Positions 8,855 through 19,508 are shown, numbered from the stretch's first letter. The stretch is 64,000 nucleotides of DNA from an uncultured Actinomycetota bacterium (GCA_963766005.1 CAVXYG010000008.1:193747-257746), one strand, 5' to 3'. Translations and numbers: made by a program. Notes: generated by a model from the letters alone, not told the origin.

Positions 8855-11800
8855 CGGGCACCGCCCAGCAGATCGGAGACGCCCACCACGAGCGACGTGC
8901 CGGGACGCCACGAGAACACGCCGCACGGATCGCCGTTCGTGTCGACGGGGGTGTCCGGCCCCGCCATCCCACGCAGGAACAGGTACCAGACCCCGCCGAG
9001 ATGGCGCTGCGGGTCGTAGTCGCCGAGCCGCAACTGGAGGAACCGGTGCAGCGCGGCCGCATACAACAGGGCCTGCAGCGGGTAGTGGGCACCGGTCATC
9101 GCCTTGGGCAAGGCGCCGGCCCGGTAGTCGCGCAGCGTTCCGCCAGGCGGCCCGAGGAGATTGGTCTTGTAGTCCACGACGAAGTAGCGGGCATCGATGC
9201 CCAGCACGGCATCGATGCTGCCCGTGAGGTAGCCGCGCAGTTGCTTCCAGCCGAATTGGGAGCCCCGCAGCGATCCTCCGTAGGCGCGCACCCACGCCGG
9301 CTCCGCCGCCTGCCGTTCCAGCAGCCGACCGATGTCGGCAACAGTCGTGGCCGGGTCCTGCCCCTGCTGCAGCGGCAGTTCGAACTCCAGTTCCGGCACC
9401 CGATCGCGGCTGGGCACGCCGGCCAGCGATGCCTCGGGCGCCAGCCGGCCCAAGGGCGTGCGAAGCGTTGGCAGCAGCGCTTCGGCGAGTCCGTCGGCAT
9501 CGAGCCCTGCGACGGGCCGGATACCCAACTGCTCCTCGCACCGCAGGCGCAGTTCGGCGCGCAGGTCGGGGGTGTCGGTGTCCAGGTGCTCGAGCACGGC
9601 GTGGACCAAGGTACCGAACGCCGTGCCGGCAGGCATGGCGTGGAACGGTGAGGCGGCGTCCAGCCCGATGCCGGCGAGGTCTGTCGGCGTTGCGGCCGAC
9701 GTCGCCTGCACATCGTCCTCGTCGTCCTTCTCCGCCAGGGCGTCGGCATCGGACTCAGCGGGGTCGGACCGCGTCAGGGGGCCGTGCGGGGCGCCTCGAG
9801 TCAGTGCGGTGAACGACAACCGGTTCCACGACCCGTCGATATCGCTGCGGTCGAAGGGCGCGGCAACGAGGTCCTCGGCAGTCAGGCCGGCCGCCGGATC
9901 GCGGCGAGGGGCTCGAGTCGGATCCGGCAGTGGTTGCGCACCTGCGTCGATCGATTCGACGATGACGTTGGGGGAGTCCTCCGCCTTGGCCAGGGGCGCG
10001 GCGTCGCACGAGTAGTCCCGATGCGGAACACCCCCCTGCGCGCTCAGGGCGCGATGCAGCGGGGATCGCGGCGTGGACGTGTGGCGGGCCCAGGTCACGA
10101 CCACCTCGTGGATCCCGCGGGTCATGGCGACGTAGAGCATGCGCAGCTCTTCCGCCTGGGATTCCGCGTCGCGCTCAGCCTTCAATCGCATGGTGGCCGA
10201 TTGCTTGTGCGGCAGTTTGCTGCCCGTGGTGTAGCTGCGGACATCGATGACCCGCCGCCTGCGCGGGGGGTCGGTCCCCTCATCGGTGCTACAGATCACC
10301 GCGGAGTCCTGGTTCCGCGAGGCGATGTAGCCGAACGGGGCGTACACGATGGGGAATTGCAGCCCCTTGCACCGGTGGATCGTCATGACCTGGACAGCGT
10401 CCGCGTCGGTCTCCAGCCGCCGGATGAGCGCCTCGGCATGGGTGTCATCCTCGGCGTCTGCCGACTCCACGGCGTCCTCCAGCCAGTCGAGAAGCTGGGT
10501 CAGCCCGCATCGAGTGCGCCGTTCCTCCTCGTGGAGCAGGCCCGCGACGTGCCGCAGGTCGGTGAGCGTGCGCTCACCGTCGGACCGGGCCAGGACGCGG
10601 GCCAGCATGCCCGCCCCCGTCGCCTCGGCGTGGCCGCTCGGCTGCGCGGTGGCGGCGACGATGCCGGGGATGCCGTGGCGATCGAACTGCCGCGTCAAGT
10701 GGCGGACTTCCTCGGCGGTCGAAGCCACCGTCTGCTCCTGCTGGAGCGCCAGGTCTGCTGCCGGGACACCCAGGAAGTCCGTCAGTGCGGCCGCCCGCAG
10801 GTGCGCGGCAGTGGACCGCTCCATCGCTCGGAGCAGCGCCAGCCAGGCCCCGGCTGCCGGTGTCGCGAACACGCTGGTGCGCGAGTTCACCACTGCCGGG
10901 AGCCCCACCCCCGACAGCGCCGATCGCATCGTCTCGGCCTGGGCGTTCGTGCGCACGATCACGGCGAAGTCGCGGGGTGCGAGGCCTCCTGGGCCCGGCG
11001 CTGCGGAACTGCCGGGAGCAGCGCCGATTGCAGCACCCTGTGCGAGCGTGCGCAGGATCTCCCCGGCGACGTCGCGGGCGACGATGGCCGCGACCTCTCC
11101 GGCAGGCGTCTTGTCCGGCGTGTTCAGGACGCGCAGCCGGACACGGCGCCCGGACGGGTCCATCGCCGGCCCGCTGATGCGCGTCCCGGTGTGGTGGGCC
11201 TGCACCGCGCCCACCGTGATCCCGTCGCCCAGCTCCAACCCGCCGAGCAGGTCGAGCACGCCGGCGATCACCGGGCCGTCGCTGCGGTAGTTCGTGCTCA
11301 GCGTGCTCAGTCGGGTCCCGGTGGTGTCTCGAGCCGAGGTGTAGCTGTGGATGTCGGCACCGCGGAACGAATAGATCCCCTGTTTGGGGTCGCCGATGAG
11401 GATGACTGCCGGGCCGCCGACTGCCGGGTCGCTCGGATCCGGCTCCACGAAGGCGTCGCGGACGATCGCCCATTGGCTGGGGTCGGTGTCCTGGAATTCA
11501 TCGACGAGCACCACCGAGAAGCGGCGCCGCAGTCTGCGCCGGACGTCCGGATCGGATTGCACCGCCCGCCGCAGGCGCAGCACGAGGTCGTCGAACGACA
11601 CGGTGCCCGAGCTGCGCTTGCGGGACTCGACCGCCGCCCGGACGTGGTGCGCGAAGGCGATCCGTTCTCGCTCCGGGGCCAGTGCCACCTCCGGTTCGGT
11701 GAGCAGCTCGGCATCGGGGTTGGCGATGAGCGATCCAGCGATCTTCTGCGCGCTGCCGGGTGTCAATGCATCCGTGCGGAACCGGCCCTTGGCATCCGGC

Positions 11801-12270
11801 TCGGCGTCGGGAGGCGTCCGCCAGAACAGCGAGAGGTAGGCGTCGGAGGTGGCTTCCGCCACGATGTCGGAGAGATCCTCAACGAGGATCTCGTCCGGAT
11901 CTGCGTCGGCGCGCAGCCCGAACCGCGCGAACGCGTCCACGCAGAACTCGTGGATCGTCATGATGCACGCGTCGTCGAACCCGGCCAGCGCGGCACGCGC
12001 GCGGTCGCAGTGCTGCGCGTCATCGCTGTCGGCGGCGTAGCGGCGGAGTTCCGTCCGGACGCGGTCCCGCAGTTCTGCAGTGGCGCTGCGGCTGAACGTC
12101 ATGGCGAGGATCCGGTCGACGGGGACCCCGACCTCGGCGACGTAGCGGCCGATGAGCTTGGCGATCGTGTACGTCTTGCCGGTCCCGGCGCTGGCCTCGA
12201 GCAGGTGGACGCCCGACCTGGGAGGGGGCCCGTCCGGATCGTAGGCCGCACCGACATCCGGCGGCTTCAT
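8851..12270 (-). CDS. recB: exodeoxyribonuclease V beta subunit
   Basis: EASAGTGKT, DEFQDTD, IGDPKQGIYSFRGAD, MTIHRCKGLQFP, YVAMTR; C-terminal nuclease GSIDAV..VVDYKTN..YPLQ. Confidence 0.96.
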   Translation of the reverse strand: MKPPDVGAAYDPDGPPPRSGVHLLEASAGTGKTYTIAKLIGRYVAEVGVPVDRILAMTFSRSATAELRDRVRTELRRYAADSDDAQHCDRARAALAGFDDACIMTIHEFCVDAFARFGLRADADPDEILVEDLSDIVAEATSDAYLSLFWRTPPDAEPDAKGRFRTDALTPGSAQKIAGSLIANPDAELLTEPEVALAPERERIAFAHHVRAAVESRKRSSGTVSFDDLVLRLRRAVQSDPDVRRRLRRRFSVVLVDEFQDTDPSQWAIVRDAFVEPDPSDPAVGGPAVILIGDPKQGIYSFRGADIHSYTSARDTTGTRLSTLSTNYRSDGPVIAGVLDLLGGLELGDGITVGAVQAHHTGTRISGPAMDPSGRRVRLRVLNTPDKTPAGEVAAIVARDVAGEILRTLAQGAAIGAAPGSSAAPGPGGLAPRDFAVIVRTNAQAETMRSALSGVGLPAVVNSRTSVFATPAAGAWLALLRAMERSTAAHLRAAALTDFLGVPAADLALQQEQTVASTAEEVRHLTRQFDRHGIPGIVAATAQPSGHAEATGAGMLARVLARSDGERTLTDLRHVAGLLHEEERRTRCGLTQLLDWLEDAVESADAEDDTHAEALIRRLETDADAVQVMTIHRCKGLQFPIVYAPFGYIASRNQDSAVICSTDEGTDPPRRRRVIDVRSYTTGSKLPHKQSATMRLKAERDAESQAEELRMLYVAMTRGIHEVVVTWARHTSTPRSPLHRALSAQGGVPHRDYSCDAAPLAKAEDSPNVIVESIDAGAQPLPDPTRAPRRDPAAGLTAEDLVAAPFDRSDIDGSWNRLSFTALTRGAPHGPLTRSDPAESDADALAEKDDEDDVQATSAATPTDLAGIGLDAASPFHAMPAGTAFGTLVHAVLEHLDTDTPDLRAELRLRCEEQLGIRPVAGLDADGLAEALLPTLRTPLGRLAPEASLAGVPSRDRVPELEFELPLQQGQDPATTVADIGRLLERQAAEPAWVRAYGGSLRGSQFGWKQLRGYLTGSIDAVLGIDARYFVVDYKTNLLGPPGGTLRDYRAGALPKAMTGAHYPLQALLYAAALHRFLQLRLGDYDPQRHLGGVWYLFLRGMAGPDTPVDTNGDPCGVFSWRPGTSLVVGVSDLLGGAR

Positions 12271-15200
12271 GTGATGGCCCGTCCTCTCACCGCCGCGGAC
12301 GACGGCCAGGTCGTGATGCCGGCGTCGCCGTCCTGGTCCAACAACGGGTCGAAGACGTGCCGGGCCAACGATCCGAAGCCCGTGGTCTCAGCAGGATGCT
12401 GCTCGTCCTGGAGCGGCTCCTCGGCCAGGAGCCGCTCCAGCGGCGCGTCAGCGCCGAACGCCAGCATCACCGACTGCGACGTCCGCTCCCGGAGCCACGC
12501 CTTGCCCGCGGCACGACCCGCTGCCACCGGATCGCGCCCCCGCTGGGCCTTGGCATAGGCGAAGCCGGTCTCCGGCATCAGCGGCGAGGGTCGTCGCAGG
12601 CCCGCCTCGGCCAGAGCGAACATCCGCTCCAGGATCGCCCTGGCCTGCTGTGCAGCAGGAGCGGCCAGGTCGAGCCAACCTCCCCTTGCCGAGACCTTTG
12701 CCGACCACGCTTGATCGGGGAACGCGGCGGCCAGTGCCAGCAGTTCGGGCCAGATGCCCAGCACGTGCGCAACCTTGATCTTGGCGAAGGTGGCGCGCAT
12801 GATGCTCGTGCCGCACACGTCGGGGACCGTGATCGGCACGGCTCGGCCGCCGCCGAGGTCGACGGCGAAGGTCGCCGGGCCGATCGACTCGCCGCCGCGC
12901 CACGCCTCGTAGTGCTGCAGCACAGCATCGACCTCGGCCATCCGCCGGTCGATCGTGTCGGTGCCCAGCCGTCCGGGGGGGACAACCCCGAGCAGGCGTT
13001 CGGCTCGGATCACACTGCCGGCATCGCCGGCGCGCAGCCGCTGCTGCAGCAGTCGGTTGCCGACGCCGAAGCGGTCCAGCGGGCCGAGGTTCGCAGCGAG
13101 GCCCTCGTCGGCCTGCCCCGAGCCCCGCTGGACCCGTAGCCCGAGCCGCCGTTCCAGGAACGTCGAGGGCGGGTCCTTGAGGTACTTCGCCAGTGAGTCC
13201 AGGGAGCGCTCCGGCAGTGGGTCGGGTGCGGCGAGGGGGGCGCTCAGGAACCGCCATGGTTCGCGAGGCCCCAGTGCGGCGCGGGCCCCGGCCAGGGCGG
13301 CCCGGTCATGGCTGAAGGGGCGTCCCGGCTGGAAGCAGCGCGGATCGAAGGGTTGCAGCGGGTGGCGCTGGACCGAGTCGTCGGGGAGCAGTTCGATGAG
13401 CTCGGCCAGGGGTACGGCCGGCTCGCGGGGGTCGTTGGTGCGCGGGTCCCGACCGGTGTAGGCGATCACGAGGTGCTCGGTGGCCGCCATGATCGCGTCC
13501 AAGAAGAGCTGCCGGTCCTCACTGCGGGCGTCGCGCTCCCCGACGCGGGGATCGCGCAGCAGCAGGTCGTCGCCGTCGCGCCCCCCGGCACGCGGGAACG
13601 CGCCATCGTCCAGCCCGACCAGGCAGACCACCGGGTAGGGCACCGAGCGCATCGGTTCGAGCTGGCACGCGGTGACGCCGCCGAGCCGGAAGCCGGCGCG
13701 GGTGGCTCGCCCCGCGAGGACGGACTGCAGCATGCTCCTCACCTCGGCCAGCGACAGCTCCACGGTGTCGGCGTAGCCACCCGCAGCGGCGGCGTACTGC
13801 GCGATGGCGCCCTGCGCGTGCGCGGCCTGCCACGATGTCGCGTACCGGGCGTCGGTGAAGTCCTCGATCGCCGCGGCGAGCATGCCGGTCCACTGCCGCA
13901 GCGTGGCACTCGAGCGGGTCTGCTGCCAGAACCTGCTCAGGCGGTCGAGCAGTCGCGCGAGCGCGCCGACAGCAGCGGCATCGGCGCTGGTGACATCGGG
14001 AAGCGCCAGTACCTCGTGGAAGACGGCGAGGTCTGCCTCCGACATCGCCGTGCCGAGGGCCATCCGGTCCAGGCCCCACGACCATGTGCCCTGGTCGATC
14101 TCCGCCAGTCCGAAGTCGGCGCGCTGCCGCGCGTCCACGCCCCACCGGATGTGAGCGCTGACGCACAGCTCTTCCAGCCGTCCCACATCGTCCTCGGACA
14201 GCCGGAAGCGCTCCCGCACCGGGGTGCGCTTCACCAGATCGAGCACCTCGGAGCGCTTCACTCGGCCCGCCACGAGGGCCAAGAGCGCATCGACGGCTCC
14301 CAGGACCTCGTTGTGCTGCTCCTTGCTCCGGTCGGCGACTGCCAGCCGGAGGTCGGCGATGCGCGGGTCCGGGTGGGCGAACGCCGCGCTGAGTATCGGG
14401 GCGTACGTCTCCAGATCGGGGGTCATGATGATGACGTCTCGGGGCTGCAGGGCCGGGTGCTCCTGCAGCAGCGAGAGGACGGCCTCGCGGACGATCTCGA
14501 CCTGCCGGGCCGGACCGTGGCATGCGTGGACCTGCAGGGAGTCGTCGGCCGGAAGCGTGTCGATCGTCGACCGGGTGTCCGAGCGGATTTCGCGCTGCAG
14601 CCGTCCGAGCATGGTCGCGGGCGGCTCAGGGGTGCGAAGCGTCGTTCCACCGCCCCCGAGCCGGAGGCGCAGCTCCCGGGTGTCACGGCCTAGCGAGCGC
14701 CCGAGCGGGTGGCGGGCCAATCCGCGCGACGCATCGTGACGACGCAGCAGGCTCGGGGTCCACCCTTCCCGCTCCCAGAGGCCCGGCGACGCGATCGTCA
14801 GGTACACCGCCACGTCGAGGTCGCGGGCGAGATGCCGCACAACGTCCAGCAGACGCTCGGGGATGCGGGTGGCGCCGAAGAGGGCCAACCGCGGGGGCAG
14901 CCCACTGCTGTCGATTCGCGCGTCGAGCGGCCCGACGCCGATCCGGCGCCGGAGCGCCCGCCACAGTGGGTACTGCCATGCCAGGTCGACGGGAATATCT
15001 GCGCTGGCGCCGTCCTCCCAGTCGGCGATCAGGGCCGGCCGCTGCAGCGCGTAGGAGGCGAACAACCGGGCCAGGCGCTCGGCCAGCGGGAAGGCGCGGT
15101 CCTCGCGCCGCCAATCGTCGGTGGTCCGCAGATGCCGCGCCAGCGGTTCGCTCCAGGGCAGGCCGGCATCGATGCTCTGGCCGATGACGTCCAGGAGCGG

Positions 15201-15461
15201 CCAGACTGCCCGCGAGGGGTCCCACGGATCCTCGCCACCCGCCGTCACGCGGTCGAGGAACTCCGCGGGGGAGGGGAAGTCGATGTTCGCGGCCAGGCCG
15301 TTGCGATCCGCTATCGCCTGGGTGAGGTAGCGCTCGATCCCGCGGGTGGGGACGATGACGAGGTCCCCGCTGAACGGATCCTCGCGGATGCCGGCGAGCG
15401 TGCGTGCCAACGCTTCGACCAGCACGTCTGCCCGTGCCGCCCGCATCACCGAGATTCCCAT
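12267..15461 (-). CDS. recC: exodeoxyribonuclease V gamma subunit
   Basis: DPFSGDLVIVP, LFASY..QRP, HACHGPARQVE, PMRSVP, HPLQPF motifs; coupled to recB by ATGA overlap. Confidence 0.95.
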   Translation of the reverse strand: MGISVMRAARADVLVEALARTLAGIREDPFSGDLVIVPTRGIERYLTQAIADRNGLAANIDFPSPAEFLDRVTAGGEDPWDPSRAVWPLLDVIGQSIDAGLPWSEPLARHLRTTDDWRREDRAFPLAERLARLFASYALQRPALIADWEDGASADIPVDLAWQYPLWRALRRRIGVGPLDARIDSSGLPPRLALFGATRIPERLLDVVRHLARDLDVAVYLTIASPGLWEREGWTPSLLRRHDASRGLARHPLGRSLGRDTRELRLRLGGGGTTLRTPEPPATMLGRLQREIRSDTRSTIDTLPADDSLQVHACHGPARQVEIVREAVLSLLQEHPALQPRDVIIMTPDLETYAPILSAAFAHPDPRIADLRLAVADRSKEQHNEVLGAVDALLALVAGRVKRSEVLDLVKRTPVRERFRLSEDDVGRLEELCVSAHIRWGVDARQRADFGLAEIDQGTWSWGLDRMALGTAMSEADLAVFHEVLALPDVTSADAAAVGALARLLDRLSRFWQQTRSSATLRQWTGMLAAAIEDFTDARYATSWQAAHAQGAIAQYAAAAGGYADTVELSLAEVRSMLQSVLAGRATRAGFRLGGVTACQLEPMRSVPYPVVCLVGLDDGAFPRAGGRDGDDLLLRDPRVGERDARSEDRQLFLDAIMAATEHLVIAYTGRDPRTNDPREPAVPLAELIELLPDDSVQRHPLQPFDPRCFQPGRPFSHDRAALAGARAALGPREPWRFLSAPLAAPDPLPERSLDSLAKYLKDPPSTFLERRLGLRVQRGSGQADEGLAANLGPLDRFGVGNRLLQQRLRAGDAGSVIRAERLLGVVPPGRLGTDTIDRRMAEVDAVLQHYEAWRGGESIGPATFAVDLGGGRAVPITVPDVCGTSIMRATFAKIKVAHVLGIWPELLALAAAFPDQAWSAKVSARGGWLDLAAPAAQQARAILERMFALAEAGLRRPSPLMPETGFAYAKAQRGRDPVAAGRAAGKAWLRERTSQSVMLAFGADAPLERLLAEEPLQDEQHPAETTGFGSLARHVFDPLLDQDGDAGITTWPSSAAVRGRAIT

Positions 15462-15571
15462 GGCTCCCCGCTCGATTCGGTTCCCCGACGTCGTCGCGAC
15501 CTCGCCACAGCCTCCGGCGCAGGCGCGGCGCACGGGATCGCTGTTCGCCGTCAGCCGCGCTGCACCCTCAA

Positions 15572-15607
15572 CCCGGGGCTGTGCCGGGCGGCGGCCTCAG
15601 CCCCGGG
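15572..15607. terminator. GC-rich hairpin between WS/DGAT and recC
   Basis: CCCGGGGCTG...CAGCCCCGGG 10-bp inverted repeat downstream of the WS/DGAT stop. Confidence 0.4.
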
Positions 15608-15647
15608 CACCGGCTTCCAACGCCGACGCTCCGGGGCCGCTGCGCTC

Positions 15648-17060
15648 CTACGCTTGCCTCGCGGCGGCGAGCAACGCGGACTCGGCCTCGCGGACGTGGG
15701 CGATGAAGACGTCGACATCCTCCACGACGTCGCGATCGACCATGATCCCGAACGCCATCTGGCCGTTGTAGGAGATCACGGCGACGGAGAGCGCCTGCTG
15801 CGGTCCGACCCAGGGCAGCGGGGCCAGCGACAGCATCTTGCTGCCGTACATGTAGACGGGGAACTGCACGCCCGGGACGTTGCTGACCAACAGGTTGAAC
15901 AGGATCTTTCCGAAGAAGATCCTGGTGGTCTGGGCAAGAATCGTGGGGGCGAGGAAGTTCGTGGCCGCCAGCACCGTGCTCACTCCGGTGGCCACGCCGC
16001 TCTCCTTCATCGCCTTCATGCGCTCCTTGACCACGCCGTGGCGCTCGGCGGGCGTCATCTCGGCCACCGGCAGTTGGACCACGAGCACGACGAAGACGTT
16101 GCCCTGGTCGGCGCCGGAGGTGGATTCGCTGCGTATGGCGCTGGGGATCTCGGCCCGCAGCTCCATCCCGTCGGTGTCCACCCCGTGGTCGCGCAGGTAG
16201 CGGCCTAGCGCGTCACCGGTGACCTCCAGGACGACATCGTTGATGGTGCCGCCGAGCGACTTGCGGATCTCCTTGAACTCGGCCAGGGGGAAGGTCGTGG
16301 ACATGAAGCCGCGGTTCGGGCCGGTCTCCACGTTCAGGGGCGTGGACGGCGGCAGCGGCAACGCGGCAGTTGCCGTGTCCGCCAGGCCCTTGGCCACGTC
16401 GAGGATCCTCGGTCCGGATTCGCCGGGGTTGGCGATCATCGAACGCAGGTTCCGGCCGGCGTCGCGGGCGGTCTGGATGTTGCGCTTCATCTGCGCCCGC
16501 ATCAGGTCGGTCTTGGACGGTTCGGGTTCTGCCTCCTCGGTGTCGGCGGCCACCTCGCGGGGCTCCGGACCGAAGTCCAGCAGCGCCGCGAAGAGGTCGA
16601 TCGCGCCGAGACCGTCGACCATCGTGTGGTGCAACTTGGTGATGATGCCCCACCGGCCGTCCTGGAGGCCCTCCACGAACCAGATCCGCCACATGGGCCG
16701 ATCGCGGTCCAGCCGCACCGAGAATACCTGGCCGATCAGGGTGTCGAGCTCGGCTTCGCCGCCCGGGCGGGGCAGGCCAACGGCGAGGACATGCTCGCGG
16801 ATGTCGAAGTGCTCGGCATCGACCCAGCTCGGCTTGCCGGCGCCGGGGACGGCCTGGAACGCCAGCTTCTGCTTGAACCGGGGCGCCAGATGGATGCGGG
16901 AGGCGATGAAATCGCGGAGCTCGGCCGCCAGCGGCGCGGGCCCTTCGAAGGTCATCACGCTGCCGATATGCATGTGCGTGCTGCTCTTGTCCTCGATGCC
17001 GAGGAACTGCCAGTCGAGTGCCGACACCCGCTGCAACTGCTCTGCCATGAAACCCTCCAT
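15648..17060 (-). CDS. wax ester synthase/diacylglycerol acyltransferase (WS/DGAT)
   Basis: HMHIG, LDRDRPMW, catalytic HHTMVDG, NDVVL, SNVPG, SYNG. Start at 17060 or 17048. Confidence 0.93.
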   Translation of the reverse strand: MEGFMAEQLQRVSALDWQFLGIEDKSSTHMHIGSVMTFEGPAPLAAELRDFIASRIHLAPRFKQKLAFQAVPGAGKPSWVDAEHFDIREHVLAVGLPRPGGEAELDTLIGQVFSVRLDRDRPMWRIWFVEGLQDGRWGIITKLHHTMVDGLGAIDLFAALLDFGPEPREVAADTEEAEPEPSKTDLMRAQMKRNIQTARDAGRNLRSMIANPGESGPRILDVAKGLADTATAALPLPPSTPLNVETGPNRGFMSTTFPLAEFKEIRKSLGGTINDVVLEVTGDALGRYLRDHGVDTDGMELRAEIPSAIRSESTSGADQGNVFVVLVVQLPVAEMTPAERHGVVKERMKAMKESGVATGVSTVLAATNFLAPTILAQTTRIFFGKILFNLLVSNVPGVQFPVYMYGSKMLSLAPLPWVGPQQALSVAVISYNGQMAFGIMVDRDVVEDVDVFIAHVREAESALLAAARQA

Positions 17061-17224
17061 GCCGCCCTGCGCCCCGTTCTGCAGGCAACAGTAGGCCCAA
17101 GCGCGCGGTCATGACGCCCGGACGACGCAGTTCGTCATCGGGAGCCGACGCGCGAAGTCGGGCCGCGGGAGCCGCCGGAAGAGCCGAAGAGCGGCAGGCC
17201 AGCAGCGCCGTTGCTGCAGGAGGG

Positions 17225-18493
17225 CTATCCGGCGGGGGAGAGCGCCGAGCGCATGGCGGCGAACTTGGCCGCGGACTCCGCCAGCTCGGCCGCCGGTGTG
17301 GAGCCGGCGACCAGACCGCAGCCTGCGAAGAGCCGGACCGTCCGGCGCGCCCGATCGATCTCTCCGCACCGCAGGGCGATGCCGAACTCCCCGTCGCCGT
17401 GCCGGTCGACCCAGCCCACCGGTCCCGCGTAGCGACCGCGATCCATGCCCTCGGTGGACCGGATGATGGCCAGCGCCCGCTCGGTCGGCGTGCCGCAGAC
17501 AGCGGCCGTCGGGTGCAGCGAGGCGGCCAGCGCCAGCGCCGAGCCGCCGTCGGCCAGCGTCGCCGCGATGTCGGTGACCAGATGCTGCACGTTGGCCAGG
17601 CGCAGAACCCCGGGTCGCTGCGGGACCGCGAGGTCGGTGCAGTGCGCGGCCAGGACCTCGGCCACGCTCGCCACCGCGTAGCCGTGCTCGTTGAGGTCCT
17701 TGTCGCTGGCGAGCAGGGCGGCTGCGGCCGCGTCGTCGGACCCGTTGCCGGACCGCCGCACTGTTCCGGCCAGGACGCGGGAGGTGACGCGCATGCCCTC
17801 GCGCCGGACCAGGAGTTCCGGGGTGGCCCCGACCAGCCCGGCGACGTGGAAGGTCCAGCACTGCGGATAGTCCAGGTGCAGCTGCGCCATGAGGTGGCGC
17901 TCGTCCAGCGGCCCGTGCACTGCGGCGACGAGATCGCGTGCCAGCACGGCCTTGTCCAGTTCGCCGGCTTCGATGCGAGCCACGATTCGGCTGACCGCCT
18001 CGCCCCATGCGGCTTCGCTCAGCGTCCCGGCGCGATAGACCACGCGCTCCGGCGGCTGGGGCGGGGTGCGGGCCGGCAGCTGCGCCCCGCCGATCGTGGT
18101 GAGCCAGGTGGTCCCGCCGCGACGGCCGACGAGGACCTCGGGGACCACCACCTCCGAGACGCCGGGCCGGTGGTCGAAGGCGAAGGACCCGAACGCGACG
18201 GGGCCCGTTCCCGGGAGGCCGACATCGTCGCGGATCTCGGCGGCATCGAGCCAGTCGTGCCACCAGGTCATCGCACGGCTGAAGCGCTCGGCGCCGCGGA
18301 AGCGGGCGCGCGCCGCCTGCCCCCATCCGATGAGCCCATCGCGGCCGCGGACCCACGCCACGGTATTGCCCGCCGGGAGCAGATCCAGCAGTGCGGCATC
18401 GGCGATGGGATCGCCGTCCAGCACCCGCGCAGTGCGGATCACCACCCCCGCAGCAGGTACGGAGCCGCCGCTGGGTTTCGGGAGGACTCGCAC
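17225..18493 (-). CDS. menF: isochorismate synthase
   Basis: KAVLAR, GATPELL, LAGT, KDLNEH, LHPTAAVCG, RGRYAGPVGW, FAGCGLV. Start is an estimate. Confidence 0.9.
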   Translation of the reverse strand: MRVLPKPSGGSVPAAGVVIRTARVLDGDPIADAALLDLLPAGNTVAWVRGRDGLIGWGQAARARFRGAERFSRAMTWWHDWLDAAEIRDDVGLPGTGPVAFGSFAFDHRPGVSEVVVPEVLVGRRGGTTWLTTIGGAQLPARTPPQPPERVVYRAGTLSEAAWGEAVSRIVARIEAGELDKAVLARDLVAAVHGPLDERHLMAQLHLDYPQCWTFHVAGLVGATPELLVRREGMRVTSRVLAGTVRRSGNGSDDAAAAALLASDKDLNEHGYAVASVAEVLAAHCTDLAVPQRPGVLRLANVQHLVTDIAATLADGGSALALAASLHPTAAVCGTPTERALAIIRSTEGMDRGRYAGPVGWVDRHGDGEFGIALRCGEIDRARRTVRLFAGCGLVAGSTPAAELAESAAKFAAMRSALSPAG

Positions 18494-18619
18494 CCTTTCA
18501 GGGTAGGGGCAGTGGAGCGTTGCGGCAGATCCGTGCCGAGCAGCGAACGCTGATCGGCATCCCGGGGTCGGCGGCACGCAGCGACGTGCATCCGGACGGA
18601 CACCTGCGACCATGAGCGC

Positions 18620-19312
18620 ATGACTCGAGCGGACCTTGCCAAGGACCCCCGCGATGTTGCGGCCATGTTCGACGGCGTCGCGCGCCGCTACGACTTGACC
18701 AACGACGTGCTGTCGGGGTTCCAGGCGAGGCGCTGGCGAGCAGCGGTCGCCGAGGCGGTGCGCCCGTTGCCCGGCGAGCGCATCCTGGACCTCGCGGCAG
18801 GGACCGGCACGAGCAGCCTTCCGTTCGCCGAGGCGGGGGCCGTGGTCGTGCCGTGCGACTTCTCCCTGGGCATGCTCCAGCAGGGCCGCCGTCAGCAGCC
18901 GGGACTGCCGTTCGTGGCCGGGGACGGCCTCGCGCTGCCGTTCCGCGACGCCGCGTTCGACGCGGTCACGATCTCGTTCGGGCTGCGCAACGTGCAGGCG
19001 ACGCAGCGCGGGTTGTCGGAACTGCTGCGCGTGACCCGGCCCGGGGGCCGGCTCGTGGTGTGCGAGTTCTCGACCCCGACCGCCGCGGTGCTGCGCACCG
19101 CCTACTTCGAGTACCTCATGCGGGCGCTGCCCGCGCTGGCCCGCCGCACGGCGAGCAACCCCGAGGCCTACGTCTACCTGGCGGAGTCGATCCGCGCCTG
19201 GCCCGACCAGGAGGAGTTGTCGGCGCAGATCTACCGGTCCGGGTGGCGACATGTCGCCTACCGGAATCTCACCGGCGGGATCGTCGCGCTGCACCGTGCG
19301 CAGCGGCCCTGA
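18620..19312 (+). CDS. menG: demethylmenaquinone methyltransferase
   Basis: [36 protein letters not shown]. Confidence 0.96.
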   Translation: MTRADLAKDPRDVAAMFDGVARRYDLTNDVLSGFQARRWRAAVAEAVRPLPGERILDLAAGTGTSSLPFAEAGAVVVPCDFSLGMLQQGRRQQPGLPFVAGDGLALPFRDAAFDAVTISFGLRNVQATQRGLSELLRVTRPGGRLVVCEFSTPTAAVLRTAYFEYLMRALPALARRTASNPEAYVYLAESIRAWPDQEELSAQIYRSGWRHVAYRNLTGGIVALHRAQRP

Positions 19313-19481
19313 TCCCGGCCGGTCGAAGCTCCGCCCGGGCAGTGCCGGGTCTCGACGCAGGGGGCCAAGATCGGGGTCGGGCGGGCGCGCACCGCAGCGA
19401 TCGGCCGCGGAACACGGGACGGAGCGGACAGAACGGGCGGCCGGTTCTCCTCCCATTGCCATCCCGGACCTGCCGGACCAC

Positions 19482-19508
19482 TAGACTCGCTTGAGAAACG
19501 AAGCACAA
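19482..19508 (+). promoter_or_regulatory. nuo promoter -10 (TAGACT) followed by a candidate Rex operator
   Basis: TAGACT at 19482-19487; TTGAGAA-ACGA-AGCACAA at 19491-19508 matches 11 of 14 positions of TTGTGAA-N4-TTCACAA. Confidence 0.6.

Noticed and set aside
9784-12558. 924-aa plus-strand ORF
   Set aside because: Antisense shadow of recB/recC.
17225-19462. 745-aa ORF suggesting a long N-terminal domain on isochorismate synthase
   Set aside because: The upstream part is antisense to menG; the real gene starts near 18493.
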